DNA of 64,000 nt from NCBI GenBank assembly GCA_964016885.1, contig OZ024742.1:267840001-267904000 (forward strand), read 5' to 3'. Below are positions 50,964-64,000 of this stretch, in pieces. The DNA is from Eledone cirrhosa. Taxonomy: Eukaryota. The translations under genes were made by a program, and so were the position numbers. Below the pieces are notes generated by a model, which had not been told where the DNA came from, did no database searches, and saw only the letters and a program-made list of their open reading frames with translations. Within the stretch, counting starts at the first letter, position 1. The number at the start of each line of letters is the position of its first letter.

Positions 50964-51955
50964 CTCTAATACCCCGTCCATTATCACACCCTAGATTCCT
51001 ATCGCTTTCTCTTGATCATTAGCAGCTTCTCTTACAACTAATACATGCCAATACACACCCTTATATTAACATACTTTTGCTCATAGCTTCGTGCTTTCAT
51101 GCACACACACTCTTTTACTCACATATGTACACATATTTCTTCTTAGTTTCGTACGGACCTATAATAACACACACACACACACAAATACATTCTTACGCAC
51201 GTGCTCTTTTTACAAAACATTTTTTTTCCATTTCAGGTAGACGCGCTCTCTCATCCACTTTTATAAAAAACAAATCATACACAAAACGCCAGCACAAACT
51301 GTTTTGCAAGAGATGTCAACATGAATGGACCTGTTATTTTTATCTAAATGCATTTTCCCGCTCGTCCCCTCAATCTATTATAATTCGCATTCTTTCTTCT
51401 GAAACGTCCGAAACGTTAAGACTCTCTTCTTGCTATATCAAGCGTTAATCTAATATATACCTTCCATATACTGTATCGATTATGTTTTTATTTCTGTTTA
51501 CCTTTTACATACATATATATATGTATGTAAGTGGATGATGGTGCGCGTCTACCTGAAATGGAAAAACAACCGTTTTGTAAAAAGAGCTATACTTGTGCAC
51601 GTGCGTAAGCATGTGTGTGTGTGTGTGTGTGTGTTATTATACCTCTGTGCGACGCTGAGACGAAATGTGTGTGTGTATGTAAGTAAAAAGTGTGTGTGTG
51701 TGTTATTATACCTCTGTGCGACGCTGAGACGAAATGTGTGTGTGTATGTAAGTAAAAAGTGTGTGTGCATGTAAGTACGAAGCAATGAAGAAAAATATGT
51801 TAATATAAAGGTGTGCATGTGTGTATACAGAGCTGTGATGAGAAAAGTGGAGTGTACATATATTGTCAGTCTATATTAGTTGTATGAGAAGATGTTTCTG
51901 ACCATAGGAATCTAGGGTACAAGCACGTGTGATAATGGACGGGTATTAAAGAAAT
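50961..51955. repeat. Diverged tail-to-tail inverted pseudo-LTR pair of the adjacent PLE
   Basis: cccgtccattatcacac/gtgtgataatggacggg, ttatattaacata/tatgttaatataa, tttccatttcaggtagacgcgc/gcgcgtctacctgaaatggaaa; 68-bp tandem duplication in the right arm. Confidence 0.85.
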
Positions 51956-52505
51956 TGGGGAGGTGAGTTGAGTCCAAGAGGCGAATAGGAACCAAGGTTG
52001 TGAATCAGACATTGTTCAGTCCTGGTGTGCGAGGTCTGTGATCCATTGTGTAAAAGGACACGAAGGACTGAGATATGTAGGGAAGAATGATCAGGGGAAC
52101 AGAAATGAAGAGCGACAGGAGTATCCAAACCGAGTCGTATGTGCCTCAAATGCTCAGCAAAGCGGCCCGCCAACGGCGCCCCTTTTCTCCGATGTATAAA
52201 GATCTTCAAAGGGAATACCGCAGGGCACAGACAACATGGATGTGAAGGTGACGGATACGTAAAGACCCTTTAGGGCTTGTGAGAGTGTTGTGGGTGGAAA
52301 TGAAGGGACTTTACTGCGGGGACGAGAACTAGGAAGAGAGCCGGGTGGAGTCGTGGGAGAGGACCAGAAGGAACTGCATATCAGGAGGTCGTGGAGGTTG
52401 CCGGTGTGCTTAAAAGCAGTTATGGGTGGGTTTGGAAAAAAGCGAGAAGTGACGGGGTGAAAAGAGAGCGCGCGGAAGGAACGGAGGATATTTCACCAGA
52501 GTTGT
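51830..52505 (-). mobile_element. Penelope-like (Neptune-like) 3' fragment with GIY-YIG C-terminus
   Basis: LAGRFAEHLRHIR...TPVALHF...H....R..TEQ.LI..LGS.SPLGLN; homologous to ~20060-20715. Confidence 0.85.
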
Positions 52506-53249
52506 AGGTTTGATAGGGTAGGAATTACATAAACGACGGCATTAAGGAAAGTAGGAATTTATTTACTTTAACATATATTTCTGTTTCTATTATATTTGTT
52601 TACATATGCTGATTACAGTAAGTGTTCTTCAATCATATGCAATACTTAATCACACTTCATCAGAATGCCTATAATAGGGGAAGTGGCTATTCACTAAGCG
52701 GTAGAATTCAGCAATGGGATTTTCGTTTAAGAAAATGTAAATAATTAAAATGACAATAAAAATAGAATGAAATACAGTTAATTAGTGTGTTATAGTAGAG
52801 AGGAGAGAGAGTGGGGTAAAGAGTATCACATTATCAATGTGTATGCTGCGATGTGGAACAATTATTCTTTGATCATTGGTATGGGGGAAGGTTTTTAATG
52901 TTTACTATATATGGCCGAGAAGGTCAGAAAAAGAGAGGGTAGGAATTAAGTGTAGGGTATAGGAGGTAGGCAAGAAAGGAATCAAGAAAATGAGATTGTT
53001 TTGAATATTATTGAATCCATTCGGTAGGTGTGAAATGTTCAAATACCACATCCTATTTAGTACATTTCCTGTGGCATTTGAACTTTTCCCACTTCCGTAA
53101 AGGTAAACAAGATCTATGAGACAACTAACAGGTACACTAAGAGGAAAGATATGAAAGAAAATCTTAGTTACAATGTAAAAGTAAAATGAATCCGGTTCAA
53201 GGGTTTTAAAGAAGGAAGAGTGAAGTGTTCTATGCGAACAAGAAGATAT

Positions 53250-54900
53250 TATTTCCTAGAGTCAAGCAGACTATTATTAGAAATTATTACTTCTATTGAC
53301 TCAATCAATCAAAGGTTACACATAGTTCTCCCTCTTCCATATGATGCTGCTGAATTCATAATACTCCATCTCATAGGGTCCTTTTAAGAGACTATTTTTT
53401 TTTTCAACTAAAGATGTATAATATTTTAATATTTAACTCTTAAAATAGTGAAAATGCGCATAAACCCTTGTTTTAAGTCTATTAGCTGCATCTGCTATGG
53501 AATTAATATCTATATACAATATTACTCCTAAGACAATCTCTTTTAAGGGGCTTGAATCGGGGACCTTACAGTTAAAATTGTTTACTGGATTTGTAGTATT
53601 AAGAGGTTTACCTAATACACTACACTTGTACGATTAAGAGCTTCTATTTTACGATGGCTTCCAATAATTATAAACTTCATTACAGGGTTCTATATAGTCT
53701 ATATTATTGTTACTACTAAGGGCGGTGGATTGGCAGTATCGGTAAAGGGTCGGGCGCCATGCTTTGAAGTATAGAGATACCTCTCTTTATTATCTGAGTT
53801 CAAATCCCGCCGAGGTTACCTTTGCCTTTCATCCTTACGGGGTCGATAAAATAAAGTACCAGTAATGTACTGGGATAATTGCTGGCCTGGTGCCAAAAGT
53901 AGAAACAATTATTGTTACTACTAGTGTTGTATCTATTATCTGGAACTGCGAGATAGTTTTGTGTAAGCGTTTTTGTTGTAGTTCATTCTTTTATTATTAT
54001 TCATAGCTTAATATTCTCCTAAATTAGGTGTGGTGGGGGAAGATAACTTAACATTATTTTTGTTTATTATACCATAGTATTTATGTCCTTGGGGAAGATA
54101 TTTGCTAAAATCCTAAAACTTATTTTAGTTATATAAGAAACTATTTGAACTCAGTATGGAGGTTTAAGCCATATGAAGTTTTTCCTTCTATTCTTCTTTC
54201 TATTACTTACTTGATTTACTAATATTTTAACCGTCAATATATTTACTAGTGGGTTAGTATTATTATTATTCTTGCTAACATTATTATTTTGATTAATATT
54301 ATTGTCTACTATTTTCTTCAGATTTTTGTTATTTTAGTTTTTATTAAGTTCCCTATTTTTATTCTCTTTATTATAACTAGGTTTAAAAATACATTTATGT
54401 GCATACATATTATTAGTTAATTTACGTATAGGGCTGGACTGTTTTTCCTGATTATAATGTAATCTCGTAAGAGCTTCAATATAATATATATAATTTTGTG
54501 TGAAAATAACTTTATAGACCGAAAGTCTACCTGATATATTATTAACAATAGTTTAATAATAGATTTAATATAAGAATTCACCATGTTTATCATAAGTTCT
54601 AAAAAGTTCAGTATTTAAATCCAAAGTAACATGTAAGAATTTAATAACCTTTCTATCGTTATAGCGATGTGCTTTCTCACTCGCTCATCGGCAGCATTGC
54701 TGAAATTTTCGACGGAGAATAGGGCATCGTCTCTATAAAGCCAATCCTATACTAGGGAAATTGCTTTTTCATTTGTTAATGAGAAACAAATTTATGATTA
54801 CTAATAAATTTTAATTCGTGCATTTAGTCTTCCATAAATTTTAAGGCTTTCCCGACTATATTCAAGTTTGGAGATATTTGGACATGCGATCGGTATATAA
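53250..54900 (-). mobile_element. Highly decayed Penelope-like element (same type as 34230-35900), interrupted by a SINE; not visible in the ORF track
   Basis: Manual minus translation: GLYRDDAL (~54745-54720), KFLHVTLDL (~54645-54618), KYLPQGHKYY (~54105-54075), NNVKLSSPTTPNL (~54057-54020), LKTRVYAHF (~53478-53450). Confidence 0.7.
53719..53912 (+). mobile_element. tRNA-derived SINE, full-length, probable TSD (ttactacta)
   Basis: gggcggtggattggcagtatcggta...gagttcaaatcccgccgagg...gtgccaaaagtagaaacaattatt. Confidence 0.88.
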
Positions 54901-55244
54901 TTATATCTTTCGTATTGTTTAATGATTTTGAGGATTTCAGTTCAGAGAAATAAAATGGTGCTTCCATCTGTATTTGAAAGAAATGTTCGTAAGTCTATTA
55001 AACAATGCAATTAAATCCTGGGTATTTATTCATTTTATATAAGCTCTGTGATGTTGCAGATTTACTATGACTGTAAATTTAGAGATTTTTATGTAATCTA
55101 ATTTACAAATTCGATTAAATTCTGCACTGACTTTTGTGGACAATAACATCACATGTGAGCTTTGAATTACCGTATTATTTGACTTATGTAATTGTATTAT
55201 CAACTAATCTAATCAACCATATACACACAGATACACACATACAG

Positions 55245-55322
<78 letters not shown>

Positions 55323-55328
55323 GATGTA

Positions 55329-55519
55329 CTAGACCACCCGTACCCGTTGGGTCACATTCGCTTAAAATATTTTTTTGAAATCATGTAAACTTAAAAATAA
55401 TTTTAAATAATTATAATATACACAGACACGTATATAATATAAAATGAAATCGAAAGGTCCATATATATATACATGTGTATGAGTGCTTTTATAGATGTGT
55501 GTGTATACATATATATATA

Positions 55520-55596
<77 letters not shown>

Positions 55597-56885
55597 AGAA
55601 AATGCGAAGCAGTTAAAGATGTCCTTTATTGATAATGCTGTGAGACATATTTCAATGACGACAGTGGCCACACAATTCCATATACCCAGTGCCATGAGAT
55701 CATCAGACAGCTTCTTACATAATAAGTTTACGTTCCCGAAGCAATCCAAAGTGAAATGACAAGGAAACGGACAATGCGTGCGTTCTTGTATCGCACTGTT
55801 GTCATTGAAATATGTATCACAGCATTATCAATAAAGGACTTTAACATCTGAATCTACTTCGCATTGTCTTATTCTAAATATACTCCGTTTTTCCTATGTG
55901 GAAAAAATAGGCTGAGAGCTTGAATTGAATTGCAGCAATGTTTTTCGTAGGTATCTTAGCTCCTAAAATGTTGTGAGCTTTATGGTGTAACCGATATTGT
56001 GAAGAAGTCGAGGCAACAACCATCAGCTACACCCGGAAATTCCCTTTACCATGGGGATGGATTAAAATTATAAACAAACTTTCGACCGGATAAATAGGCT
56101 GACCTGCACGCAACAGAAAACCCCGTAATTTCCTGCAGAAACTTGCATTTTGCGCAGAGGCCTTGGACGGAAACCCCCTCACTTCATCCGATAACGAATT
56201 TTTATATGCACTTTACATGGACAAGTTTGACAAACCTTTTCACCACTTCTTCCCTCATTTCCATACCGATATACATGTTTATCTTTCTCATGTATATCTT
56301 TTCTCATATATATTTCCTCTCTCATTTTGCATCTATGTACATTTTGTTTTGACTCATGTGGCAAAAGAGGATATTAACTAATTGTTTGCCTAACTAACAA
56401 GTTTCATACTTTAACTTACCCAATCAAATTACATTTTAAATAAAAGCCTTCGTGAGCCACCTTTTTTTAAGTAAAAAGAAATTCAAACACAAACTGGCGC
56501 GAAAGCTGATGTGCTTATACACGTGACTGCATCAACCAACCAAACTTCACTCATATATGAAAAGACAACCTGAGCCCCCCCCCCCCTTATTTGAAGCCAT
56601 ATATAATAAGAAATTTGTAAAACAAACTGGCGCGAAATGTATTAAACTTATTCACCAACCAACCAAATTACTTCTCTAAAAACCTAGCATTTCGAGCCAC
56701 ATTTTTCCATATATAACAGAAGTAACATTCAAAGACCAACCAGATGTGAGAAAAACTACAAACCCTCCATCAAAATCCTACTTTTGAAAAGCAGAAGAAT
56801 TGCGAAACCGTAAAGGAATCAAATAAATATATATTTAAAAAAAAAAAGACTCCAGTTGATTTTCGAGTTCATCTTATTTCCTTAT
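55329..56885 (-). mobile_element. Possible non-autonomous Helitron with nested insertions
   Basis: Minus 3' end gtgacccaacgggtacgggtggtCTAG|T; distal part homologous to 9596-10315; continuity between the two ends is inferred. Confidence 0.4.
55591..55875. repeat. Imperfect inverted repeat (~77-bp arms) starting at (GA)n
   Basis: tcctttattgataatgctgtga.acatatttcaatgac.acagtg vs cactgttgtcattgaaatatgtatcacagcattatcaataaagga. Confidence 0.88.
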
Positions 56886-56917
56886 ATATATATATTATAT
56901 ATATATATATATATATA

Positions 56918-57478
56918 TCAACTAGAAATTGTTTGACATATATATATATATATATTTAAAATAAACACATGAAACAATCACAGGGGATAAATTGTAAAGT
57001 GTGTAATCACACACAGGTAGGTAACTAATTAAAGTGTAACTAGATCTTCAAATATTACCTTTTAAAAAATGATTAATCCTCCTTGTATATATTTCATTAA
57101 AGAAATATATTTCACTAAAAATCCGTAAAGTCACAGTAGTTAAATATTAGATCATAAGCAAGGAGGAAGCAGTAACTGTCTGTGTTTACGCATCAAATAT
57201 AAATCTGCGAGTGACCAGTCACACGTGCTACAATTCTAAAACTACTAACAACATGCTAGCGTCCTCCCATTGGCGTGAATATGGCGGTCGACAGCTATAA
57301 ATAGCAGCCAAGTCCTTTCAAGCGATTTAGCTCTACAGATAAGGAGCCGTTTAAATATCCGAAATAGATTTAATTAAATTAAATTAAAGGAGTCATGTCC
57401 GAGACATGCGCCATATCCACTGTAGAATAAGCTCAAATATTCCAATGAATAGATCCGAACATTTTATATCAACTAGAA
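56918..57478. repeat. ~550-bp unit bounded by direct tcaactagaa; homologous (permuted) to 23735-23970
   Basis: Direct comparison. Confidence 0.7.
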
Positions 57479-57510
57479 GTCATACGTGTCATATAACCTG
57501 TGTCAGGATA

Positions 57511-57548
<38 letters not shown>

Positions 57549-57582
57549 TGTCCTGACACAGGTTATATGACACGTATGGCTT
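57477..57582. repeat. Palindrome centred on (TA)n with ~35-bp unique arms
   Basis: catacgtgtcatataacctgtgtcagga.ag-(TA)n-ct.tcctgacacaggttatatgacacgtatg. Confidence 0.93.
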
Positions 57583-57674
57583 AATATTCAGTCCCCAAAT
57601 TCGAGCTAGATACCGTAATGCAGTATTCGATACTTTGAAGTCCCTTTTCATAATTTCATTCAACAATACCGCAA

Positions 57675-57757
<83 letters not shown>

Positions 57758-58689
57758 TTCCATTTTCCTTCTCTATATATATCTCCCCTTCTATTCATAA
57801 AGCTACCCAGAAAAACATCGTATCTTGGGAAACCGTGCTCCGATTTACTTGAAACTACTTTTATTCCATATGTATTCCTATTTCAGGGTCAACTTCCTGT
57901 CAAAGTATGTTCCCATTATGCGCTGGCTTTGCTGTATTGAATTACAGACAACCACACGAGCATAGAGTAATAGTATATAAATAGCTATATTACGCTTCTT
58001 TAATCCCGGTATAAAGTAGATTAGATATACATTAAGGAAAGCAAAGCGTCTGGATTTAGGCATTATCTGGTGTCTGGATTTAGGTATTTTCTGGCAAACA
58101 CCAGTTTGCTTTGAATATCGGCCCCTTTGAAACACCTCAGAATGGACTGGATAGGCATATGCTGAAGAAACACTTCAGATGATGAAAAATAAAGACATTC
58201 CTACTTTAACACAACACGAATTTAAGTTAAAATCGTTTCAAAATGAATTGTTACACCTCGCTAGGGAAACAAATGTTATTTCACCAATGTGCTAATTCCC
58301 TCACATGACGACATGTCTGAAAACGAAATACATTATCTCTCTAAAGATCTGTGAATAGAAATTAAAATGATGTGGGAATTTCAATAGCGGTAATTTTTAC
58401 ACCTCTCACCATCTGGCAGTTTGTGTGATCTTATTCGAGCCAATCACTAATCTGGTACATTCTCAAACCCACGACGGCTAGACTTTTGAAGAGGCGGCCT
58501 CTACCCGCTTTCTTATAGTTATATCACTGGGTTGTGAGAATTTTCTTGGAGGCCAAAAGTGTCACCCATTGTTCCATCACACCTACCAGTTTACCGATCT
58601 AGGTCCAGGGCTGCTTATTCATCCGGCAATTGCATGCTTATATCGCAACTAGCCATCATATCTAGTGACCGTATCGCTATCCACCACCC

Positions 58690-60043
58690 AAGAACCGTTC
58701 TCTAACAGAACAGCTATGATGTACACGATATGAATTTGGGAGCGATAACTATACTCTCTGAGGATGAGATCACAAAAGCAATTAAAGACCTCATATGTGG
58801 CACGGTCACTAGGAAGAACGAAATTCGGCCCGAAATTTGAAAAGCCTTAAATAGAGAATGTATTCTCTGACTGAACTGTGTACGCCGGATGAATTAAATA
58901 TCTGGAAAAGCACCTAAGCAATTGCAATCCGAAGTGATAATCCCAATATCCAAAAAGGAGACAAGACAGACTGTTCCAATAGTAGATGGAACTTCTTCTT
59001 AAGCCTACCCGGTAAAGTCGATGCTAAGTGTCTGGTAAAGAGATTTTCAAGCGCAAACTAACTGATGAACGGCGTGGTTTACACCCCAGACGCAGCACAG
59101 TTGACCAAATATTCAAACTGCTGCAGGTCATTGAGAAATCGTGCAGGTATTGCCAAGAGATGTCTACTCGATTTGTGGACCTCGAAAAGGCATATGACCG
59201 CGTTCCTCGAGACCTGGTGTGAAAGGTTCTGCAAGAGAATGTCATTCATGTTCAGCCCCTTTTTGCTCTGATGTCTCTAAACGAATATGCGACTATTTGT
59301 GTTCAAATAAATGGTACTGAATCGGAGCCATTCAAGATTGGAGTCGGATTGCACCAAACAGGATAGATAAGCGCAGCCATGTTGGAAGTAGTAACACCGT
59401 TGGCATGTGTAGAATGAATCGGTTTCAATATGCAGACATCATGGTATTACTTAACGCGACAGAAGGCGATATCCGACTTGTACTTGATAGGTTTTATATC
59501 GAGTGCTGCATGCCTGGAATTATCGGTGCTGCGAAAACTGAGATATTGTCTTCTCAACGCAGCCTGGGCAGTGCAATGTACGTGTGAACGGAGTTCCACT
59601 GATGCAAGTGGAAAAGATCAAGTATCTCAGCTCCCTGTTCACGAGCGATGGAAGGCAGGAGGCTGAATTAAGTGCAAGAATTACAGTAGCTGGTGCATTA
59701 ATTCGTCAATATATGGATCCTTGGAATAACGTTACTCGATAGAGTGCATAGTTCGGATATCGGAGAATCGCTTCACGCAGAGCCATTAGTTTTCCAAATT
59801 GAGATTTCACAGCACCAGTACTATGGGCTCGTTGTCTACCTCAGGAGACCCAGAGGTAGACAACGAGCAAGATGGTTGGATAACATTCATGCGCTCGAAG
59901 AGCATCCTTGCTTCGTGATCCAGTTGGATCAGTTTTAAACGCTTGCTTCTGACAGAAGCTACTGGAAGGAGTATTTGAGCATTCTGCCTCACTTCCCCCG
60001 ACATACTCAGGAGTAAGTGGGCAAATAAGGAGGAGGGGGATGA

Positions 60044-60045
<2 letters not shown>
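58690..60045 (+). mobile_element. Decayed RTE (Expander/Rex3-like) LINE, RT to 3' end
   Basis: RSTVDQIF.L.Q..EK, FVDLEKAYDRVPR, QYAD, EPL.FQIE.SQ, RPRGR.R.RWLD; same family as 30715-31178. Confidence 0.85.
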
Positions 60046-60074
<29 letters not shown>

Positions 60075-60150
60075 AAGAAGAAGAAGAAGAAGAAGAAGAA
60101 GAAGAAGAAGAAGAAGAAGAAGAAGAAGAAGAAGAAGAAGAAGAAGAAGA
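60046..60150. repeat. (GAA)n tail
   Basis: Direct reading. Confidence 0.95.
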
Positions 60151-61971
60151 AAACATTTTTATTACAATTCGTTTTGTCTTAGAACCGATTAAAATAGTTA
60201 CAAAAAGATATAAATTGCATTGAGAATTTGCATATAATAAAACATTCAGAATATAGCGCTACTAGAATTTAAGCAGATATTAACATCAAGTTTATTGAAT
60301 ACAATGGCAAAAACACCTCAAAGCACAATACGCACTCAAATTACTGAGATGAAGATTGTTGTATACAACTATGAGACAATTAAAATAATATAACACGATT
60401 GCCATCAGCAACGAAATCACCACCATCACATCCACACACACCATAACAGCCACCTTTTTTATTGTTGACGAAATTATGGCAAATATGATGGCAAGTTGTA
60501 CGAAGTTCTCACTGCCAATCACCTACTTCTTCTTCGTTCCATGTTTGTATTTCCTTTCACTTTCACATATAATTTCATTTTTTGGTATTTCTTACAGAAA
60601 AATCTCAATTCTTTGCTTCTGATTTCAACTAATGCTATGTACTATTTGTGTGTTAAACAATCCGTCTCCCAGTTTAACGATATTATTTGACATCGATATA
60701 TTATGACAATGTTTCATAAACACTTCTCATAAAATTGTTGTTTTAGATATAAAACATTTTAAGAGGGTTCATATTTTCATTTTTTTCCTACGACTGCATG
60801 AAATTATTAAAGTTCATAAGAAGCGTAAGTCTGATACATATTAGCCTATCTACTGAATTCCGGAAGTTACTATCTTCCCAACATCTACGGCGTGTTCATT
60901 GACTGTGTTGCTAGAGGAAAATACCTGAAAATAGGTTCAGAGACCTTTTGCATAATTGGTCCTTCGAGGAGACATGAAAAAATGTGATAAATTCTGTTAT
61001 TTTTTAAACCATCCATAAAAGTTCTTTAACTATCAAAACACTCTCTTACAAAAAAAAAAAAAAAAAGGCAGTCTTTCATCTTGAAAGCATTACATGCATG
61101 ATTTTCAAATATCTTCTTACAGAAATAAATAGTATTTGTGTTGGCAAGTAAAGTCAAAATTCATGTTTCTTTGAATATTGCCAATATGTCAATATTGCCA
61201 ATATTGCCAATATGTCAATTGCCTAATATGTCAATGTGTAGGTTGCAACCAGGCATACCCCGTTTTCTATACGTTTTAAAATTGAAGTTTTAAGTTCCGA
61301 ATATGCAATGACTTTGAATGTAGGACAGAATGCTATGTGGTATTTGTTTCGACTCTCAATGTTCTGATTTTAAATCCAAGCTTGCTAAGCTGGTTCTATG
61401 AAATAATGTACCAGTCTAAAACAGTGGATTTGCAGGGCTTCAGTCGTGATCCGTGAACAACCTATTTGTGCTCTTGTCATTCTTACTTGAAATAATACCC
61501 TGCCGACATTATTTGTAGACTTAAACGATCGTGCTGTTTAGAAAATCCATTCTATATAATGTAATCAGTAAAGGTCGCAATTTGCAGAAAAATCCCCTGC
61601 CTTTCACCTCATCAATACCGAATTGTTTGCAAATATCATGGGCACAATCAAGAAAAACAAAATATTTGGTTCAATAATACATTCAAATGAGTTACGTTAT
61701 TTTCAATTTCGCTTAAACATACTTCATTTAAAATGCATGAATTACATATATGATATTTACTCACTTAAATTATAAAATCTGATATGCCTACATAGCGAAT
61801 ACTTGAAGCACATAGCATAAATATGTGCTTCAAGTATTGATATGGTCAACGTTCGGTACACATACATACATTCATAGAATCACACGACCATATATGTATA
61901 CATAAATATGCATATGTATACACACACACACACACACATATATATATATGATACACACACGCACATACACG

Positions 61972-62011
<40 letters not shown>

Positions 62012-62572
62012 ACTTATACAATCGATTTCATATGCAATAATTATAATGTAGCCTGCGTTGACTAGCACCACTATTGTTTCCATTGTCCTTCCTTGTATAA
62101 TAATTATTATAGAAATTTTTCATCTTCGTGTTATTATTTTTCTCTTGAACAATCGTTGTTGTCATAGTTGGTATTTTACTCCTAATTCCCATTCTTACTA
62201 TTCGTTTTAATTATTGATTTTTATATTAACTCTATTCAGTTGTAATATATTATATTATATTTATACACACACCCACACAAACCACACACAAACAGAAACA
62301 CACACACATACCCCCCCCCCCACACACACACATATATATATATATAAATAATAAATATAATATATATTCATATTTATTTTCATTTTCTATAATTCGCTTT
62401 CGTTTAATGTCAAATTTCCTTTGACAGGTTTTTATGAATACGATTTCTATTTAATACATCTGCACCTACACGCACACACCCATCCACACACGCACACCCA
62501 CACACAGACCCACACACATTATATAAATATATATATATATGTATATAAATATATATATATAGATCTATCTAT

Positions 62573-62695
<123 letters not shown>

Positions 62696-63375
62696 TGTTT
62701 GTTTGTGTGTGTGTATGTGTGTATGTGTGTATTTGTGTGGCTGTATGTGTGTGTGTTTGTGTGTGTATTTCCTTCATATTTATTATATTTCGAAGAGTTG
62801 ATTTGTATTTCCGATATATTTGTTTCATTAAAAGGACGATGAAAATATTCTTTGTGTATTTATCTATTCGTGAGCTTGTATATTTGTATACTACCCACGA
62901 CGTCAGCAGAACAATTGAAATACAAAAAGGAACAAATAGCATAGAAAATAATAGAAAGAGCGAGAGAACAAGAGAACGAGAAGAGAAAGAGAGAGAATAG
63001 AGAAACATATATATGTGTAAACATATATATATACAGAGAGAGAGGGAGAGAGAGAGGGGGGGATGGCGAGAAGGTAGGGGAAACAATGAATAACGTGTAA
63101 ATGACTTAACAGAAATAATGATTGCTATATACACGTTAGTTGTCGCTTCATAAATGGCAATTATGAAGATAAGTACAGTAATAGTGATTATGATAATGAA
63201 GATGAGGATGATGTTAATGATGATTTGATGGGCATCATCATGATATTGATGGTGATGACGATGATGGTGATGTTTATGTTACGCATAATTATGCTGATGA
63301 TGATGATGTCCGCAGCGTCATCCTCACAATCATCGTTTCAATCATAAATTTCATTTCGTTCAACAGAATCAACAA

Positions 63376-63445
<70 letters not shown>

Positions 63446-63516
63446 ACTACTACTATTACTACTACTCCTACTACTTTTATTATTATTACTATTGTCATTA
63501 ATATTATTGTTTCAAT

Positions 63517-63725
63517 TGGCGGTATCGGGAAAGAGTCGGACAACCTGCTTAGCGACATAGAGTTACCGTTCCTTACATTCTCAGTTTAAATCCCACCGAG
63601 GTTAGCTTTCCCTTTTATCCTTACAGGGACAATAAAATAAAGAACCAGCCATGCACTGGGCTTGATTGAATCGACTTTCCCCTCCCCCGAAATTGATGGC
63701 CTTGTGCCTAAATCAGAAACCATTA
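63517..63725 (+). mobile_element. Older tRNA-SINE copy
   Basis: tggcggtatcgg...ctcagtttaaatcccaccgaggttagctttcc...ggccttgtgcctaaatcagaaac. Confidence 0.75.
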
Positions 63726-64000
63726 TTATTGTTATTTCCATAGTGACAACAAACACTACTATATTAACCACCGTCATCCTCTCCAACAACGTTGTGTTGG
63801 TGTTTATAATCTCCCGCATCACAAGTGACAGCAGCTGCAGAAGCTCGATCAACAATATCAATTTCATCATTAATACCATCACCCTCCTCACCATCATCGT
63901 TACCAACATATTCATCAAACTATCTTAATATCCTTTCATTTGCCGTCACGTATACTGACCAACATTCCGCTAATAACATATTTTGCGAGATTAGGCATTT

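Noticed and set aside
53719-53830. tRNA gene (A/B boxes)
   Set aside because: No cloverleaf; multiple dispersed copies with a common tail and TSDs indicate a SINE

Overview
Eukaryotic, AT-rich, microsatellite-dense intergenic or intronic DNA. It is most likely from a coleoid (octopod-like) cephalopod, inferred from the tRNA-SINE and repeat landscape. No intact host gene is confidently supported, and most listed ORFs are microsatellite or antisense artefacts. The window is a stack of retroelement and rolling-circle relics: Tx1/L1 LINEs (two large complementary copies plus decayed ones), a near full-length R4/Dong RLE retrotransposon and a 5'-truncated copy in (TAA)n, RTE-clade LINEs, at least four Penelope-like element (PLE) relics, tRNA-derived SINEs and non-autonomous Helitrons. 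The most notable non-coding structures are: a 322-bp-period retrozyme-like unit with a near-canonical type I hammerhead ribozyme (49.6-50.0 kb); further hammerhead-like cores, including one in a ~537-bp unit amplified as direct plus inverted copies (26.5-28.2 kb); a tandem array of ~13 tiny Tc1/mariner-type MITEs capped by a Helitron-type hairpin (21.5-22.9 kb); and many fold-back palindromes anchored on microsatellites. All alignments and folds were done by eye, and coordinates of decayed elements are approximate.
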